A stretch of 64,000 nucleotides of DNA from Candidatus Binatia bacterium (GTDB lineage: Bacteria; Methylomirabilota; Methylomirabilia; Rokubacteriales; CSP1-6), in the NCBI GenBank assembly GCA_035635995.1, contig DASPZZ010000251.1:1086-65085 (forward strand), in the 5' to 3' direction. Of the stretch, positions 40,145 to 48,888 are shown one piece after another; within the stretch, counting starts at the first letter, position 1, and each line of letters starts with the position of its first letter. The notes under the pieces were generated by a model. It made no database searches. It saw only the letters and a program-made list of their open reading frames with translations, and was not told where the DNA came from. Position numbers and translations under genes: made by a program.

Positions 40145-42877
40145 TCAGCGATCCGGCGCGGTACGGCGTTCGAGCTTCCGGAGAGTGCCCGCGACGTCGA
40201 CGTGCCCGGTGAGCACCGGGGCCAGCGGGTCGCCGAGCTTCTCGAAGCGCGCCGGCGCGGTCTTGATCGTGAAGCGCGCGGGGTCGAGCTTGGCGGTGAC
40301 TTCCTCCCAGCGCAGCGGGCACGAGACCGGCGCGCCGGGCAGCGGGCGCACCGAGAACGGCGCCACGATGGTCTGCCCTCGGCCGTTCTGCCCGAAGTCG
40401 ATGTAGACCTTGCCGCCGCGCGAGCGCAGCGGCCGCGCAATCGTCGAGATCGCCGGCTCGGCCTCGACGCCCATCACCGCGAGGAGCCGCGCGAAGGTCC
40501 GCGTCACCTCGTAGTCGTAACGGGCGCCGAGCGGCAGGAGGATGTGGAGCCCCGTCGCCCCGGAGGTCTTCACGTAGCTCGGCAACGCGAGATCGTCCAG
40601 GATCCGGTGGAGCGCGCGCGCGACCTTGACCACGTCGGTGAACGGCGCGCCTTTCGGATCGAGGTCGAGCACGAGCCAGTCCGGGTGATCGAGCGACGGC
40701 AGCCGCGAGCTCCAGAGGTGCAGGGGGATCGTCCCCAGGTTCGCGACGTACCGCAGACTCTCGCGATCGTCCACGACGAAGTAGTCGATGTCGCGTCCCA
40801 CGTCGTCCGAGTGGATGCGCGCGGTCCTGATCCAGGACGGAATCCACTCGGGCGCGTCCTTCTGAAAGAAAGACTTCCCCTTGATCCCATCCGGATACCG
40901 CGTGAGCACAAGCGGCCGATCCTTCAAGTACGGCAGGAGCCACGGCGACACCGCATCGTAGTACTCGATCAAGTCCGACTTCGTATACCCCTCATCAGGC
41001 CAAAACACCTTCCCCGGATTCGTAATGCTCACGCGCCGCTCATCCGCCCCGCCCGGCTCAGGAGCCGCGGCCGAAGAACGTCCAGAAGCCCGCCCCCGAC
41101 CGCCAACGCTACCCCGTGAGGACGGGGCCGGAGGGGAGGGAGACGGGGCCGGGGCGGGGCCCACGCGCCCGGCGGAGTGGGACCCCCGAGTCCCGCCCGC
41201 CGCTCGAAGAGCTGCGGAGCGCGGGCGAGTGGGTGACGCAGCCGGGCGCGTGGGCCCCGCCCCGGCCCCGGCTCCCTCCCCTCCGGCCCCGTCCTCACGC
41301 GCCGCCACGGCAGCCTCGCGCACGCAGTCTTCCGGACGCTTGTCGTCCCGCAACCCGAGGAATGCCGGGTGCCGGATCCCCCCGTCGCGTGTCCATTCAG
41401 TGAAGCGAACCTCGCACACGAGCTTGGGCTCGACCCAGTGGTGTCCCCGCCCGCCGGGCGTGCCGCGGGCGAAGGGCGAGGTCGCGCGCGCCAGCGGGCG
41501 GAGCTTCTCGCTGACGAGCTCGAGGGTCCGTTCGTCGAAGCCGGTCCCGACCTTGGAGACGTAGACCAGCTGGCCGTCCTCGTAGAGGCCCAGGTGCAGC
41601 GCACCGAAGAAGGCGCGCGTGCCCTGGGGCGCCGTGTAGCCGCCGATGACGAACTCCTGCCGGAGCTGACACTTGATCTTGAGCCAGTCCTTCGAGCGCC
41701 GGGAGACGTACGCGCTGTCGGGCCGCTTGGCGATCACGCCCTCCAGGCGCTGCTCGCAGGCGGCGGCGAGGAACTCGGCGCCGTGGCCGACGACGTGGTC
41801 GCCGTAGGAGACGACACCGCGTGCCGGCAGGAGAAGCTTCAAGCACTCCTTGCGTGCCTCGAGCGGGATCCGGCGCAGGTCGCGGCCGTCGAGACCGAGC
41901 GCGTCGAAGAAGACCGCGCTGACCGGGACCTCGGCCCGAACCCGCTCGACATCGGCCGGCCGCGTGAGTCCCATCCGTTCCTGGAGCCGCTGAAAGCTCG
42001 AGCGGCCCGCGTCGTCGAACGCGACGATCTCGCCGTCGAGCATGAAGTGCGCGAGCGGCAGCGCGCGCAGGGCCCCCGCGACCTCGGGGTATCGCGTCGT
42101 GACGACCTGGCCGCTCCGTCCGCGGAGCTCGACGTGGTCGCCGGCGCGAGAGGCGAGGACGCGGACCCCGTCGTACTTGATCTCGTAAAGCCACGCCGGA
42201 TCGGCGGGAACCTCCTCGGCGAGCGTGGCGAGCATCAGAAGCTCCGCCCGGGGTGCCAACTCGGCCCGCGGCGCCCCGAGCTCGGCCAGGCGCTTGCGCA
42301 AGGTCTCGATCCGTCGCGGGCCGTCGCGGAGCTCCTCGACCGTCAAGCCCGAGAGCACCGACTCGGGGAACCGCTCGGTCGGCTCCGTCTCGCCCGCGTA
42401 GCCGTCGTTCTTCTTCAGCAGGAGCCACTCGCGATCCTTGCCGCTCATGCGGGCCAGGGTCCACCGTCCGCGAAGCTTGAAGCCGAACAGCTCGAACTCG
42501 AGCTTCCCTCGCTCGAGCTGCTCGCGCGCCGGCTCCGGCTTCACGAGCTGGAACCGGCCGGCGTCCCACACGATCGACGGGCCCGCGCCGTAGTTACCCT
42601 CGGGGATCACGCCCTCGAAGTCGCCGTACTCGACGGGATGGTCCTCGACGTGCACGGCGAGCCGCTTCTCGTGGGAGCGCATCGACGGTCCCTTGGGCAC
42701 GGCCCAGCTCTTCAACACGCCGTCGATCTCCAGGCGCAGATCGTAGTGGAGCCGTCGCGCCGAATGCTTGTGCACGACGAACCGGCTGCCGCCGGCCCGA
42801 GCGGAGGCGCCGAACGGCTCCGGCGTCGCCGCCGGATCGCGCTTCCGTCGATACTCCTGCAGATCGCGGCTAGCCAC
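40145..42877 (-). CDS. ligD: multidomain ATP-dependent DNA ligase LigD (phosphoesterase - ligase - polymerase/primase)
   Basis: 910 aa. PE domain: RFVVHKHSARRLHYDLRLE...KSWAVPKGPS. Ligase: LYEIKYDGVR plus the OB end FLGLRDDKRPEDC. Pol domain: ITNPGKVFWPDEGYTKSDLIEYY...KTSGATGLHI. Confidence 0.93.
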   Translation of the reverse strand: MASRDLQEYRRKRDPAATPEPFGASARAGGSRFVVHKHSARRLHYDLRLEIDGVLKSWAVPKGPSMRSHEKRLAVHVEDHPVEYGDFEGVIPEGNYGAGPSIVWDAGRFQLVKPEPAREQLERGKLEFELFGFKLRGRWTLARMSGKDREWLLLKKNDGYAGETEPTERFPESVLSGLTVEELRDGPRRIETLRKRLAELGAPRAELAPRAELLMLATLAEEVPADPAWLYEIKYDGVRVLASRAGDHVELRGRSGQVVTTRYPEVAGALRALPLAHFMLDGEIVAFDDAGRSSFQRLQERMGLTRPADVERVRAEVPVSAVFFDALGLDGRDLRRIPLEARKECLKLLLPARGVVSYGDHVVGHGAEFLAAACEQRLEGVIAKRPDSAYVSRRSKDWLKIKCQLRQEFVIGGYTAPQGTRAFFGALHLGLYEDGQLVYVSKVGTGFDERTLELVSEKLRPLARATSPFARGTPGGRGHHWVEPKLVCEVRFTEWTRDGGIRHPAFLGLRDDKRPEDCVREAAVAAREDGAGGEGAGAGAGPTRPAASPTRPRSAALRAAGGTRGSHSAGRVGPAPAPSPSPPAPSSRGSVGGRGRASGRSSAAAPEPGGADERRVSITNPGKVFWPDEGYTKSDLIEYYDAVSPWLLPYLKDRPLVLTRYPDGIKGKSFFQKDAPEWIPSWIRTARIHSDDVGRDIDYFVVDDRESLRYVANLGTIPLHLWSSRLPSLDHPDWLVLDLDPKGAPFTDVVKVARALHRILDDLALPSYVKTSGATGLHILLPLGARYDYEVTRTFARLLAVMGVEAEPAISTIARPLRSRGGKVYIDFGQNGRGQTIVAPFSVRPLPGAPVSCPLRWEEVTAKLDPARFTIKTAPARFEKLGDPLAPVLTGHVDVAGTLRKLERRTAPDR
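41114..41298. repeat. 185-bp GC-rich inverted-repeat element embedded in the ligD reading frame
   Basis: Arms 41114-41172 and 41240-41298 are complementary at 58/59 positions (mismatch 41142/41270), with a 67-nt centre. The element lies between the ligase-OB end (FLGLRDDKRPEDC) and the polymerase-domain start (ITNPGKVFWP). Confidence 0.9.
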
Positions 42878-44345
42878 GCAGCGCCAGGATGACGGAGAGC
42901 GACGCCATGAGATTGTCGGCCGCGTGCGACGCCATCGACGGGAGGAGGCTGCCCGTCCGCTGGTAGGCCCACGCCCACAGGAGCCCGCTCCAGAAGACGG
43001 CGGCGAAGCCGAGGACGCCGTAGCCGTGGGCGACGGCGAAGATCGCCGCGCTCAGCAGGGCCGCCGCGCCCACGCCGAACCGCCGGCGCAGGGTCGCGAA
43101 CAGCAGCCCGCGAAACACGATCTCCTCGAACACCGGCGTGAGGATGACCGTGTCGAACAGCGTCAGCCCGACCACGACCCGAGACCCCCAGACCAGGTCG
43201 CGATCGAACCACTCGGTCCAGTGGGCGGAGAGCCCGAGCCACCGTCCCGCGATGTCCATGACGCCCTCGCCGAGCTGACCGACGGCCAGTAGCGTGAGGA
43301 CAACGAGCGCCAGCTTCCGGACTCCGCCGGGCACGGGCACCAGGCCGAAGCTCTCGCCGAAGCGCAGCCCCGAGGGCCGGAGCAGGCGGCGATGGGCGAG
43401 GACGAGGAGCGGGACGAAGGACAGGTTGGTCGCGGCGCCGATCAGCACCCGGGTGAACGGGCGCTCGGGGCCGAGGGAAGACAGGAGATAGAGGGCGCCG
43501 AGCGTGAGGACGCCGAGCGCCCCACCGCGAACCAGGACGACGACGCCCTCTCGTCCCCGCCAGGGCGGCGGGAGGACGCCGACACCGACTCGCTCGAGGG
43601 CGCCGCGCCGCCAGGCCAGGCGGACGAGCACGAAGAGCCCCACGCCGACCAGCGCCAGCTCGAGTGCCAGCATCGCGCGCATGCGGGCCAGCAGCGGGCC
43701 GGACCTGGCGGCCTGCGCCTCCGTCGCCACGGCCAGCAGCCGGAGGTCGCCGACGCGCGCCGCCAGGCGCGCGGCGATCCGGTCCCTGAACCAGCCCGGC
43801 TCGAGCGCTTCCGCGAGCGCCTCGTCCAGGACCGGCCCGACCTCCGCGTCCACCTCTTCGCCGAGATAGGCGGCGCCGACGAGGCGCGCGAACGCGGGCA
43901 GCGGGTCGGGGCGGCGATCCCACTCCTCCGTCCGGCGCCGCACGTCGTCCAGTCGCCCGGCCTCGGCCTCGAGGATCGCCAGGTGCAGATCGACGGTGGG
44001 ATCGAACGAGGCGCCGGCGAGCTCCGCGAACCACCGGAGCGCCTCCTCGAGATCCTCCGCGGGCTCGGTCGACATCACGCGGTAGACGAACCGCTCCCAC
44101 GCCGGCGCGCGCGCGACCGCCTCGTCGATGTCCATGGTCCGCCCCACGATCAAGGCGAGCGCCCGCTCGGGCTCCTCGACCCCGTCCACGCGCGATCCGC
44201 TGTACTGGAGCCAGGCCATCAGCGCCAGGAAGGCGACGAGGACGAGCGCCGCCAGGGCGGTCAGGACCCCGACATGTTGCCGCTCGACGGGCGCTTGAAC
44301 GCTATCCATGGGAGAGATCAGGCCTTCGCGCATCATAGGGACCAT
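42870..44345 (-). CDS. CPBP-family intramembrane glutamic endopeptidase (CAAX protease/Abi-like) with a long N-terminal domain
   Basis: The C-terminal motifs are FEEIVFRGLLF, AIFAVAHGY and HAADNL. The stop overlaps the ligD start by 8 nt. The start is uncertain: ATG at 44345, 44336 or 44309; the track start at 44375 would overlap ku. Confidence 0.75.
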   Translation of the reverse strand: MVPMMREGLISPMDSVQAPVERQHVGVLTALAALVLVAFLALMAWLQYSGSRVDGVEEPERALALIVGRTMDIDEAVARAPAWERFVYRVMSTEPAEDLEEALRWFAELAGASFDPTVDLHLAILEAEAGRLDDVRRRTEEWDRRPDPLPAFARLVGAAYLGEEVDAEVGPVLDEALAEALEPGWFRDRIAARLAARVGDLRLLAVATEAQAARSGPLLARMRAMLALELALVGVGLFVLVRLAWRRGALERVGVGVLPPPWRGREGVVVLVRGGALGVLTLGALYLLSSLGPERPFTRVLIGAATNLSFVPLLVLAHRRLLRPSGLRFGESFGLVPVPGGVRKLALVVLTLLAVGQLGEGVMDIAGRWLGLSAHWTEWFDRDLVWGSRVVVGLTLFDTVILTPVFEEIVFRGLLFATLRRRFGVGAAALLSAAIFAVAHGYGVLGFAAVFWSGLLWAWAYQRTGSLLPSMASHAADNLMASLSVILALRG

Positions 44346-44363
44346 CGTGCTATCGTGCAAACC

Positions 44364-45227
44364 ATGGCGCCGCACCCGCTCGGCTCCGGGACCATCTCCT
44401 TCGGGCTGGTCTCCATCCCCGTGCGGCTCTACACCGCCGCGTCATCGGCGAGCGTGTCCTTCAACCTCCTGCACGCGAAGTGCGGCTCACGCATCAAGCA
44501 GCAGACGTTCTGTCCGGTGTGCAACGAGGTCGTCGACCGCGCGTCCCTCGTTCGCGGCTACGAGTTCGCGAAGGACCAGTACGTGCGGGTCGCCGACGAC
44601 GAGCTCAAGGCGCTCGAGGGCGAGGCCTCGAAGGTCATCGACATCGCCGAGTTCGTGCCGCTCCAGTCGGTCGATCCGATCTACTTCGAGAAAACCTATT
44701 ACCTCGGACCCGACAAGGGCGGCGACAAGGCGTACCGGCTCCTGGCCGACGCCATGGAAAAGTACGGGCGCGTCGCCCTCGCGAAGTTCGTCATGCGCGG
44801 CAAGGAGAGCCTCGTGCTCATCCGGCCGGCGCAGGGGGGCCTCATGCTCCACACGATGTACTTCGCCGACGAGGTGCGCGACTTCGGCGAGATCGACCGC
44901 GGGCAGTCGGCGAAGATCAAGCCGGGCGAGCTCGAGCTGGCCGGGCAGCTCATCGACGGCCTGTCGAGCGACGAGTTCAACCCGGAGCAATATCAGGACG
45001 AGTACCGCCACCGCGTCCTCGACCTGGTCAACCAGAAGGTCGAGGGCAAGGAGGTTACGGCCGTCGGGCCCCAGGTCCAGCGCGCCCAGGTGATCGACCT
45101 CATGGAGGCGCTCAAGGAAAGCCTCGCCAAGCGGGTCGCCGCCGGCGAGAAGAAGCCCCTGGCCAAGGCCAAGCGGGCCGAGCCCGCCGCCGCGCCCCCG
45201 AAGCGAGCCCAGGCCTCGAAGAAGTAG
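44364..45227 (+). CDS. ku: NHEJ protein Ku
   Basis: 287 aa from ATG 44364, with GTISFGLVSIPVRLYTA, YYLGPDKGG and a Lys-rich tail. Confidence 0.92.
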   Translation: MAPHPLGSGTISFGLVSIPVRLYTAASSASVSFNLLHAKCGSRIKQQTFCPVCNEVVDRASLVRGYEFAKDQYVRVADDELKALEGEASKVIDIAEFVPLQSVDPIYFEKTYYLGPDKGGDKAYRLLADAMEKYGRVALAKFVMRGKESLVLIRPAQGGLMLHTMYFADEVRDFGEIDRGQSAKIKPGELELAGQLIDGLSSDEFNPEQYQDEYRHRVLDLVNQKVEGKEVTAVGPQVQRAQVIDLMEALKESLAKRVAAGEKKPLAKAKRAEPAAAPPKRAQASKK

Positions 45228-45267
45228 CGTTCCGGGGTCAGGGGGTTAGAATGGGTTTTGGGCCGCC

Positions 45268-46404
45268 ATGCCCAGAATCGCCCTCGAACCTCGGTTCCAG
45301 GTCGAATACCTGTCGATCCTCGACAGCGACGGAAACCTCGACACCGCGCTCGAGCCCAAGCTTGCCGACAAAGACCTGAGGTCGCTCTACCGCGCGATGC
45401 TGCTCGGGCGCCTCCTCGACGAGCGCATGGTGCGGCTCCAGCGCCAGGGACGCATCGGGACCTTCGCGCCGACCAAGGGCCAGGAGGCTTCCCAGCTGGG
45501 GAGCGCCTTCACCCTGCGGCCGAGCGACTGGATGGTGCCGTCGTTTCGCGAGACGGCGGCGATGATCTGGCGCGGCTGGCCGATCGAGAAGCTCCTGCTC
45601 TTCTTCGCGGGCCATCTCGAGGGGGGCCAGCCGGCGCCCGAGCAGCACGATCTGCCGATCACGATCCCGGTGGCGACCCAGCTCCCCCACGCGGTGGGCC
45701 TCGCCTACGCGGTTCAGTACCGGGGCGACGACGTGGTCGTCATGGCGTACTTCGGCGACGGCGCGACCTCCGAGGGCGACTTCCACGAGGCCCTGAACTT
45801 CGCGGGCGTCTGGCACGTCCCCATCGTCTTCGTCTGCCAGAACAACCAGTGGGCGATCTCGGTGCCGCTGAAGAAGCAGACGCACTCGCGCACGATCGCC
45901 CAGAAGGCGCTGGCGTACGGGCTGCCCGGCATCCAGGTGGACGGCAACGACGTCCTCGCCGTCTACGCCGCGTCGCGCGAGGCCGTCGATCGGGCGCGCG
46001 CCGGCGACGGCCCGACCCTGATCGAGTGCGTGACGTATCGCCTCGGGGTTCACACCACCGCCGACGACCCCACGAAGTACCGGACGGATGAAGAAGTCGC
46101 GATGTGGGAGCGGAAAGATCCCCTGACCCGCTTCCGGGCCTACCTGGAGAAGCGCAATTTGCTCGAGGAGGGTCTCGAGAAGGCGGTCGACGACGAGATC
46201 GCCGAGGCGGTGCGTCGCTTCGAGGCGACGCCGCCCACCGATCCGCTGACGATGTTCGACCACGTCTACGCCGAGCTCCCGCCGGACCTCCAAGCGCAGC
46301 GCGACGAGATGGCCGCTCGCGGGCAGACGCCTCCGGCGCAGCCCGACGCGACGCCGACGACGGGCGCCACGCCGATGCGCGGCCAGCGACTGACGCGGCG
46401 CTGA
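45268..46404 (+). CDS. 2-oxoacid dehydrogenase E1 component alpha subunit (pyruvate/branched-chain type, TPP-dependent)
   Basis: 378 aa with the TPP motif YFGDGATSEGDFHEALNFA...NNQWAIS, then YRLGVHTTADDP. Confidence 0.9.
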   Translation: MPRIALEPRFQVEYLSILDSDGNLDTALEPKLADKDLRSLYRAMLLGRLLDERMVRLQRQGRIGTFAPTKGQEASQLGSAFTLRPSDWMVPSFRETAAMIWRGWPIEKLLLFFAGHLEGGQPAPEQHDLPITIPVATQLPHAVGLAYAVQYRGDDVVVMAYFGDGATSEGDFHEALNFAGVWHVPIVFVCQNNQWAISVPLKKQTHSRTIAQKALAYGLPGIQVDGNDVLAVYAASREAVDRARAGDGPTLIECVTYRLGVHTTADDPTKYRTDEEVAMWERKDPLTRFRAYLEKRNLLEEGLEKAVDDEIAEAVRRFEATPPTDPLTMFDHVYAELPPDLQAQRDEMAARGQTPPAQPDATPTTGATPMRGQRLTRR

Positions 46405-46408
46405 CGCC

Positions 46409-47389
46409 ATGGCCAAGCTGAACATGGTCAAGGCGCTCAACCTGGCGCTCTTCCAGGAGATGGAGCGCGACGGTGACGTGCTCGTCCTGGGCGAGGACGT
46501 CGGCGTGGATGGCGGCGTCTTCCGCGTGACCGACGACCTGCAGCGGAAGTACGGCTCCCAGCGCGTCATCGACAGCCCGCTCGCCGAGGCGGCCATCATC
46601 GGCACCGCCGTCGGCATGGCGCTCTACGGCCTCAAGCCCGTTTGCGAGATCCAGTTCTCCGGCTTCGCCTTCCAGTGCTTCCACCAGATCGAGAACCACT
46701 GCGCGCGCTACCGGATGCGCTCGCAGGGACGCTTCCACGTCCCGATGGTGATTCGCATGCCGTACGGGGGAGGCGTTCGAGCCCTCGAGCACCATTCGGA
46801 ATCCGAGGAACAGTTCTACGCCCACATTCCCGGGCTGAAGATGGTCGTCCCGTCGGGCCCGCGCAATGCGCGCGCGCTGCTCGCGGCCGCCATCCGCGAT
46901 CCCGACCCCGTGATCTTCTTCGAGGCGAAGTCGCTCTATCACGCCGCCAAGGAAGAGGTCCCCGACGAGAGCGAGACCCTGCCGATCGGGCGGGCGCAGG
47001 TGGCGCGCGAGGGTGACGCCCTCACGCTGATCGCCTACGGCGCGATGCTCCGCGTGGCACTCGAGGCCGCCGACGTCCTCCGCGCCGAGGACGGGGTCGC
47101 GGTCGAGGTGATCGACCTGCTCACGGTCTCGCCGCTCGATCGCGAGACGCTCGTGACATCGGTCGGGAAGACGGGCCGGGCGGTCGTGGTCCACGAAGCG
47201 CCGCGGAGCTTCGGTCCGGGCGCCGAGATCGCCGCCTCGATCATGGACGGCGCGTTCCTCTCGCTCGAGGCGCCGGTGCGGCGCGTGGCCGCGCACGACG
47301 TGCCGTTCGTCGGCTTCGCCCGCGAGAAGGCGAACGTCCCGGACGTGCCGCGCGTCGTCGCCGCGGCCCGCGAGACCCTCGCGTTCTGA
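46409..47389 (+). CDS. 2-oxoacid dehydrogenase E1 component beta subunit
   Basis: 326 aa with VLGEDVGVDGGVFRVT, VIDSPLAEAAI and a transketolase-like C-terminal domain. Confidence 0.92.
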   Translation: MAKLNMVKALNLALFQEMERDGDVLVLGEDVGVDGGVFRVTDDLQRKYGSQRVIDSPLAEAAIIGTAVGMALYGLKPVCEIQFSGFAFQCFHQIENHCARYRMRSQGRFHVPMVIRMPYGGGVRALEHHSESEEQFYAHIPGLKMVVPSGPRNARALLAAAIRDPDPVIFFEAKSLYHAAKEEVPDESETLPIGRAQVAREGDALTLIAYGAMLRVALEAADVLRAEDGVAVEVIDLLTVSPLDRETLVTSVGKTGRAVVVHEAPRSFGPGAEIAASIMDGAFLSLEAPVRRVAAHDVPFVGFAREKANVPDVPRVVAAARETLAF

Positions 47390-47436
47390 GCGCGTGATGG
47401 CAGCGCGGGCCGCGGGCGAGGCGAGCGAGTAGCAGG

Positions 47437-48864
47437 ATGTCCCGGCCGTTCGCGCTTCCCGATCTGGGCGAGGGGCTCACCGAGGCCGAGATCGTCAAGG
47501 TGCTCGTCAATGAGGGCGACGTCCTTGCCGAGGACGCGCCGCTGCTCGAGGTCGAGACCGACAAGGCCACGGTCGAGATTCCATCGCCGTTCGCTGGGCG
47601 CGTGGCTCGCGTCCACGTCCAGCCCGGTCAGACCGTCAAGGTCGGTGATGTTCTGGTCACGTTCGATGACGCGGGAGCCCAGGCAGCGTCGGGGAAGGGG
47701 GGCGGGGGAGCGGGGGGCAGGCCTGCCCTCCGCTCCCCCGCCCCCCTTCCCCGACGGGAGTCTGAACTGCGGCCCGTCGGCGTGAGCCAGGCCTCGACCG
47801 GGTCCGCGGCTTCCCCTTCCACGCGAGGCGACGGGCCGGTGCCGGTACAGGCGAGGGCTCCAGCCGACGCGAGCAAAGGATCGGTAGCGGCGACGGCTTC
47901 CGGCGTGCGGGTGGGGCCGGTGCCGGCGACGCCGGCGACGCGGCGGCTTGCGCGGGAGCTCGGCGTGGACCTGGCGAGCGTGCGGGGGACGGGGCCGGGC
48001 GGGCGCGTGACGGACGATGATGTGCGCGCGGCGGGCGGCGGGACTCGGTCGAGCGCGCCGCCGGTGGTGGAGGAGCGTCAGGCTTCGGGGCGCGCGCCCG
48101 TCGCCAAGCCGCTGGCGCCGGTCGGCGTGGAGCCGCCGGCGCTCCCGCGGTTCGAGCAGTGGGGGCCGGTGGAGCGGCAGCCCCTGTCGCACCTGCGTCG
48201 CACCATCGCCGAGCGCATGACGCTGTCCGCCATGCTCATCCCCCACGTGACGCACTTCGATCGCGCCGACGTCACCGAGCTCGACGCGATCATCCGGCGT
48301 AACGTGGAGCCCGCGCGGGAGCGCGGGCTGACGCTCACCCTGACGAGCTTCCTCCTGAAGGCGGCCGCCCTCGCGCTCCGGGAGCATCCGCAGTTCAACG
48401 CGAGCCTCGACCCCGCGGCGGGCGAGCTGATCCTCAAGCGGTACCACCACCTGGGCGTGGCGGTGGCGACCGAGCGCGGCCTGATCGTCCCGGTCATTCG
48501 TGACGTGGACCGCAAGCCGCTCGTCGAGCTCCAGCGCGAGCTGGCGGCGCTGGCGCTGCGCGTCCGCGACGGCAAGGCGACGCTCGACGATCTGCGGGGC
48601 GGCACGTTCACGATCACCAACATCGGCGCGCTCGGCGGCACCGGCGCAATTCCGATCATCAACTACCCCGAGGTCGCCATCCTCGGTGTGGCCCGCGCGC
48701 GGGAGGAGCCCGTCGTGCACGAGGGGCAGATCGTGCCGCGCACGCTCCTGCCGATCTCGCTCACGTTCGACCACCGCGTCGCCGACGGCGCCGATGGCGC
48801 CCGCTTCGCCGCCGCGATCGTCCGGAGGCTCGAGCGCCCGGAGCAGCTGCTGCTAGAGTGGTAA
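47437..48864 (+). CDS. dihydrolipoamide acyltransferase E2 component
   Basis: 475 aa. It has a lipoyl domain (VETDKATVEIPSP), a long linker, the E3-binding domain (ATPATRRLARELGVDL) and a catalytic domain (LSLTFDHRVADGA). Confidence 0.92.
   Translation: MSRPFALPDLGEGLTEAEIVKVLVNEGDVLAEDAPLLEVETDKATVEIPSPFAGRVARVHVQPGQTVKVGDVLVTFDDAGAQAASGKGGGGAGGRPALRSPAPLPRRESELRPVGVSQASTGSAASPSTRGDGPVPVQARAPADASKGSVAATASGVRVGPVPATPATRRLARELGVDLASVRGTGPGGRVTDDDVRAAGGGTRSSAPPVVEERQASGRAPVAKPLAPVGVEPPALPRFEQWGPVERQPLSHLRRTIAERMTLSAMLIPHVTHFDRADVTELDAIIRRNVEPARERGLTLTLTSFLLKAAALALREHPQFNASLDPAAGELILKRYHHLGVAVATERGLIVPVIRDVDRKPLVELQRELAALALRVRDGKATLDDLRGGTFTITNIGALGGTGAIPIINYPEVAILGVARAREEPVVHEGQIVPRTLLPISLTFDHRVADGADGARFAAAIVRRLERPEQLLLEW
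47687..47756. repeat. 70-bp spacer-less near-perfect palindrome embedded in the E2 reading frame
   Basis: Positions i and 95443-i are complementary for all 35 pairs except 47714/47729 (G-T). The centre is CAGG|CCTG at 47721/47722. It encodes ...SGKGGGGAGGRPALRSPAPLPRR... in the lipoyl-to-PSBD linker. Confidence 0.92.
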
Positions 48865-48888
48865 TGCAGCCGCGAGGAGGAGGTCAAC

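Noticed and set aside
40005-40943. 312-aa minus-strand ORF overlapping the 3-prime end of ligD
   Set aside because: It is in a different frame from the strongly supported LigD polymerase domain, has Arg/Ala-rich shadow composition and shows no motif.
41114-41298. Interpreting the in-gene inverted repeats (here and at 47687-47756) as intrinsic terminators
   Set aside because: Both lie inside continuous, domain-complete reading frames (ligD, E2) with essential domains downstream. They have no U tract, and their stems of 35-59 bp are far beyond terminator size.
47035-48774. 579-aa minus-strand ORF
   Set aside because: It is antisense to the E1-beta/E2 genes. Its apparent similarity to the plus-strand peptides around 47700 is a trivial consequence of the DNA palindrome.
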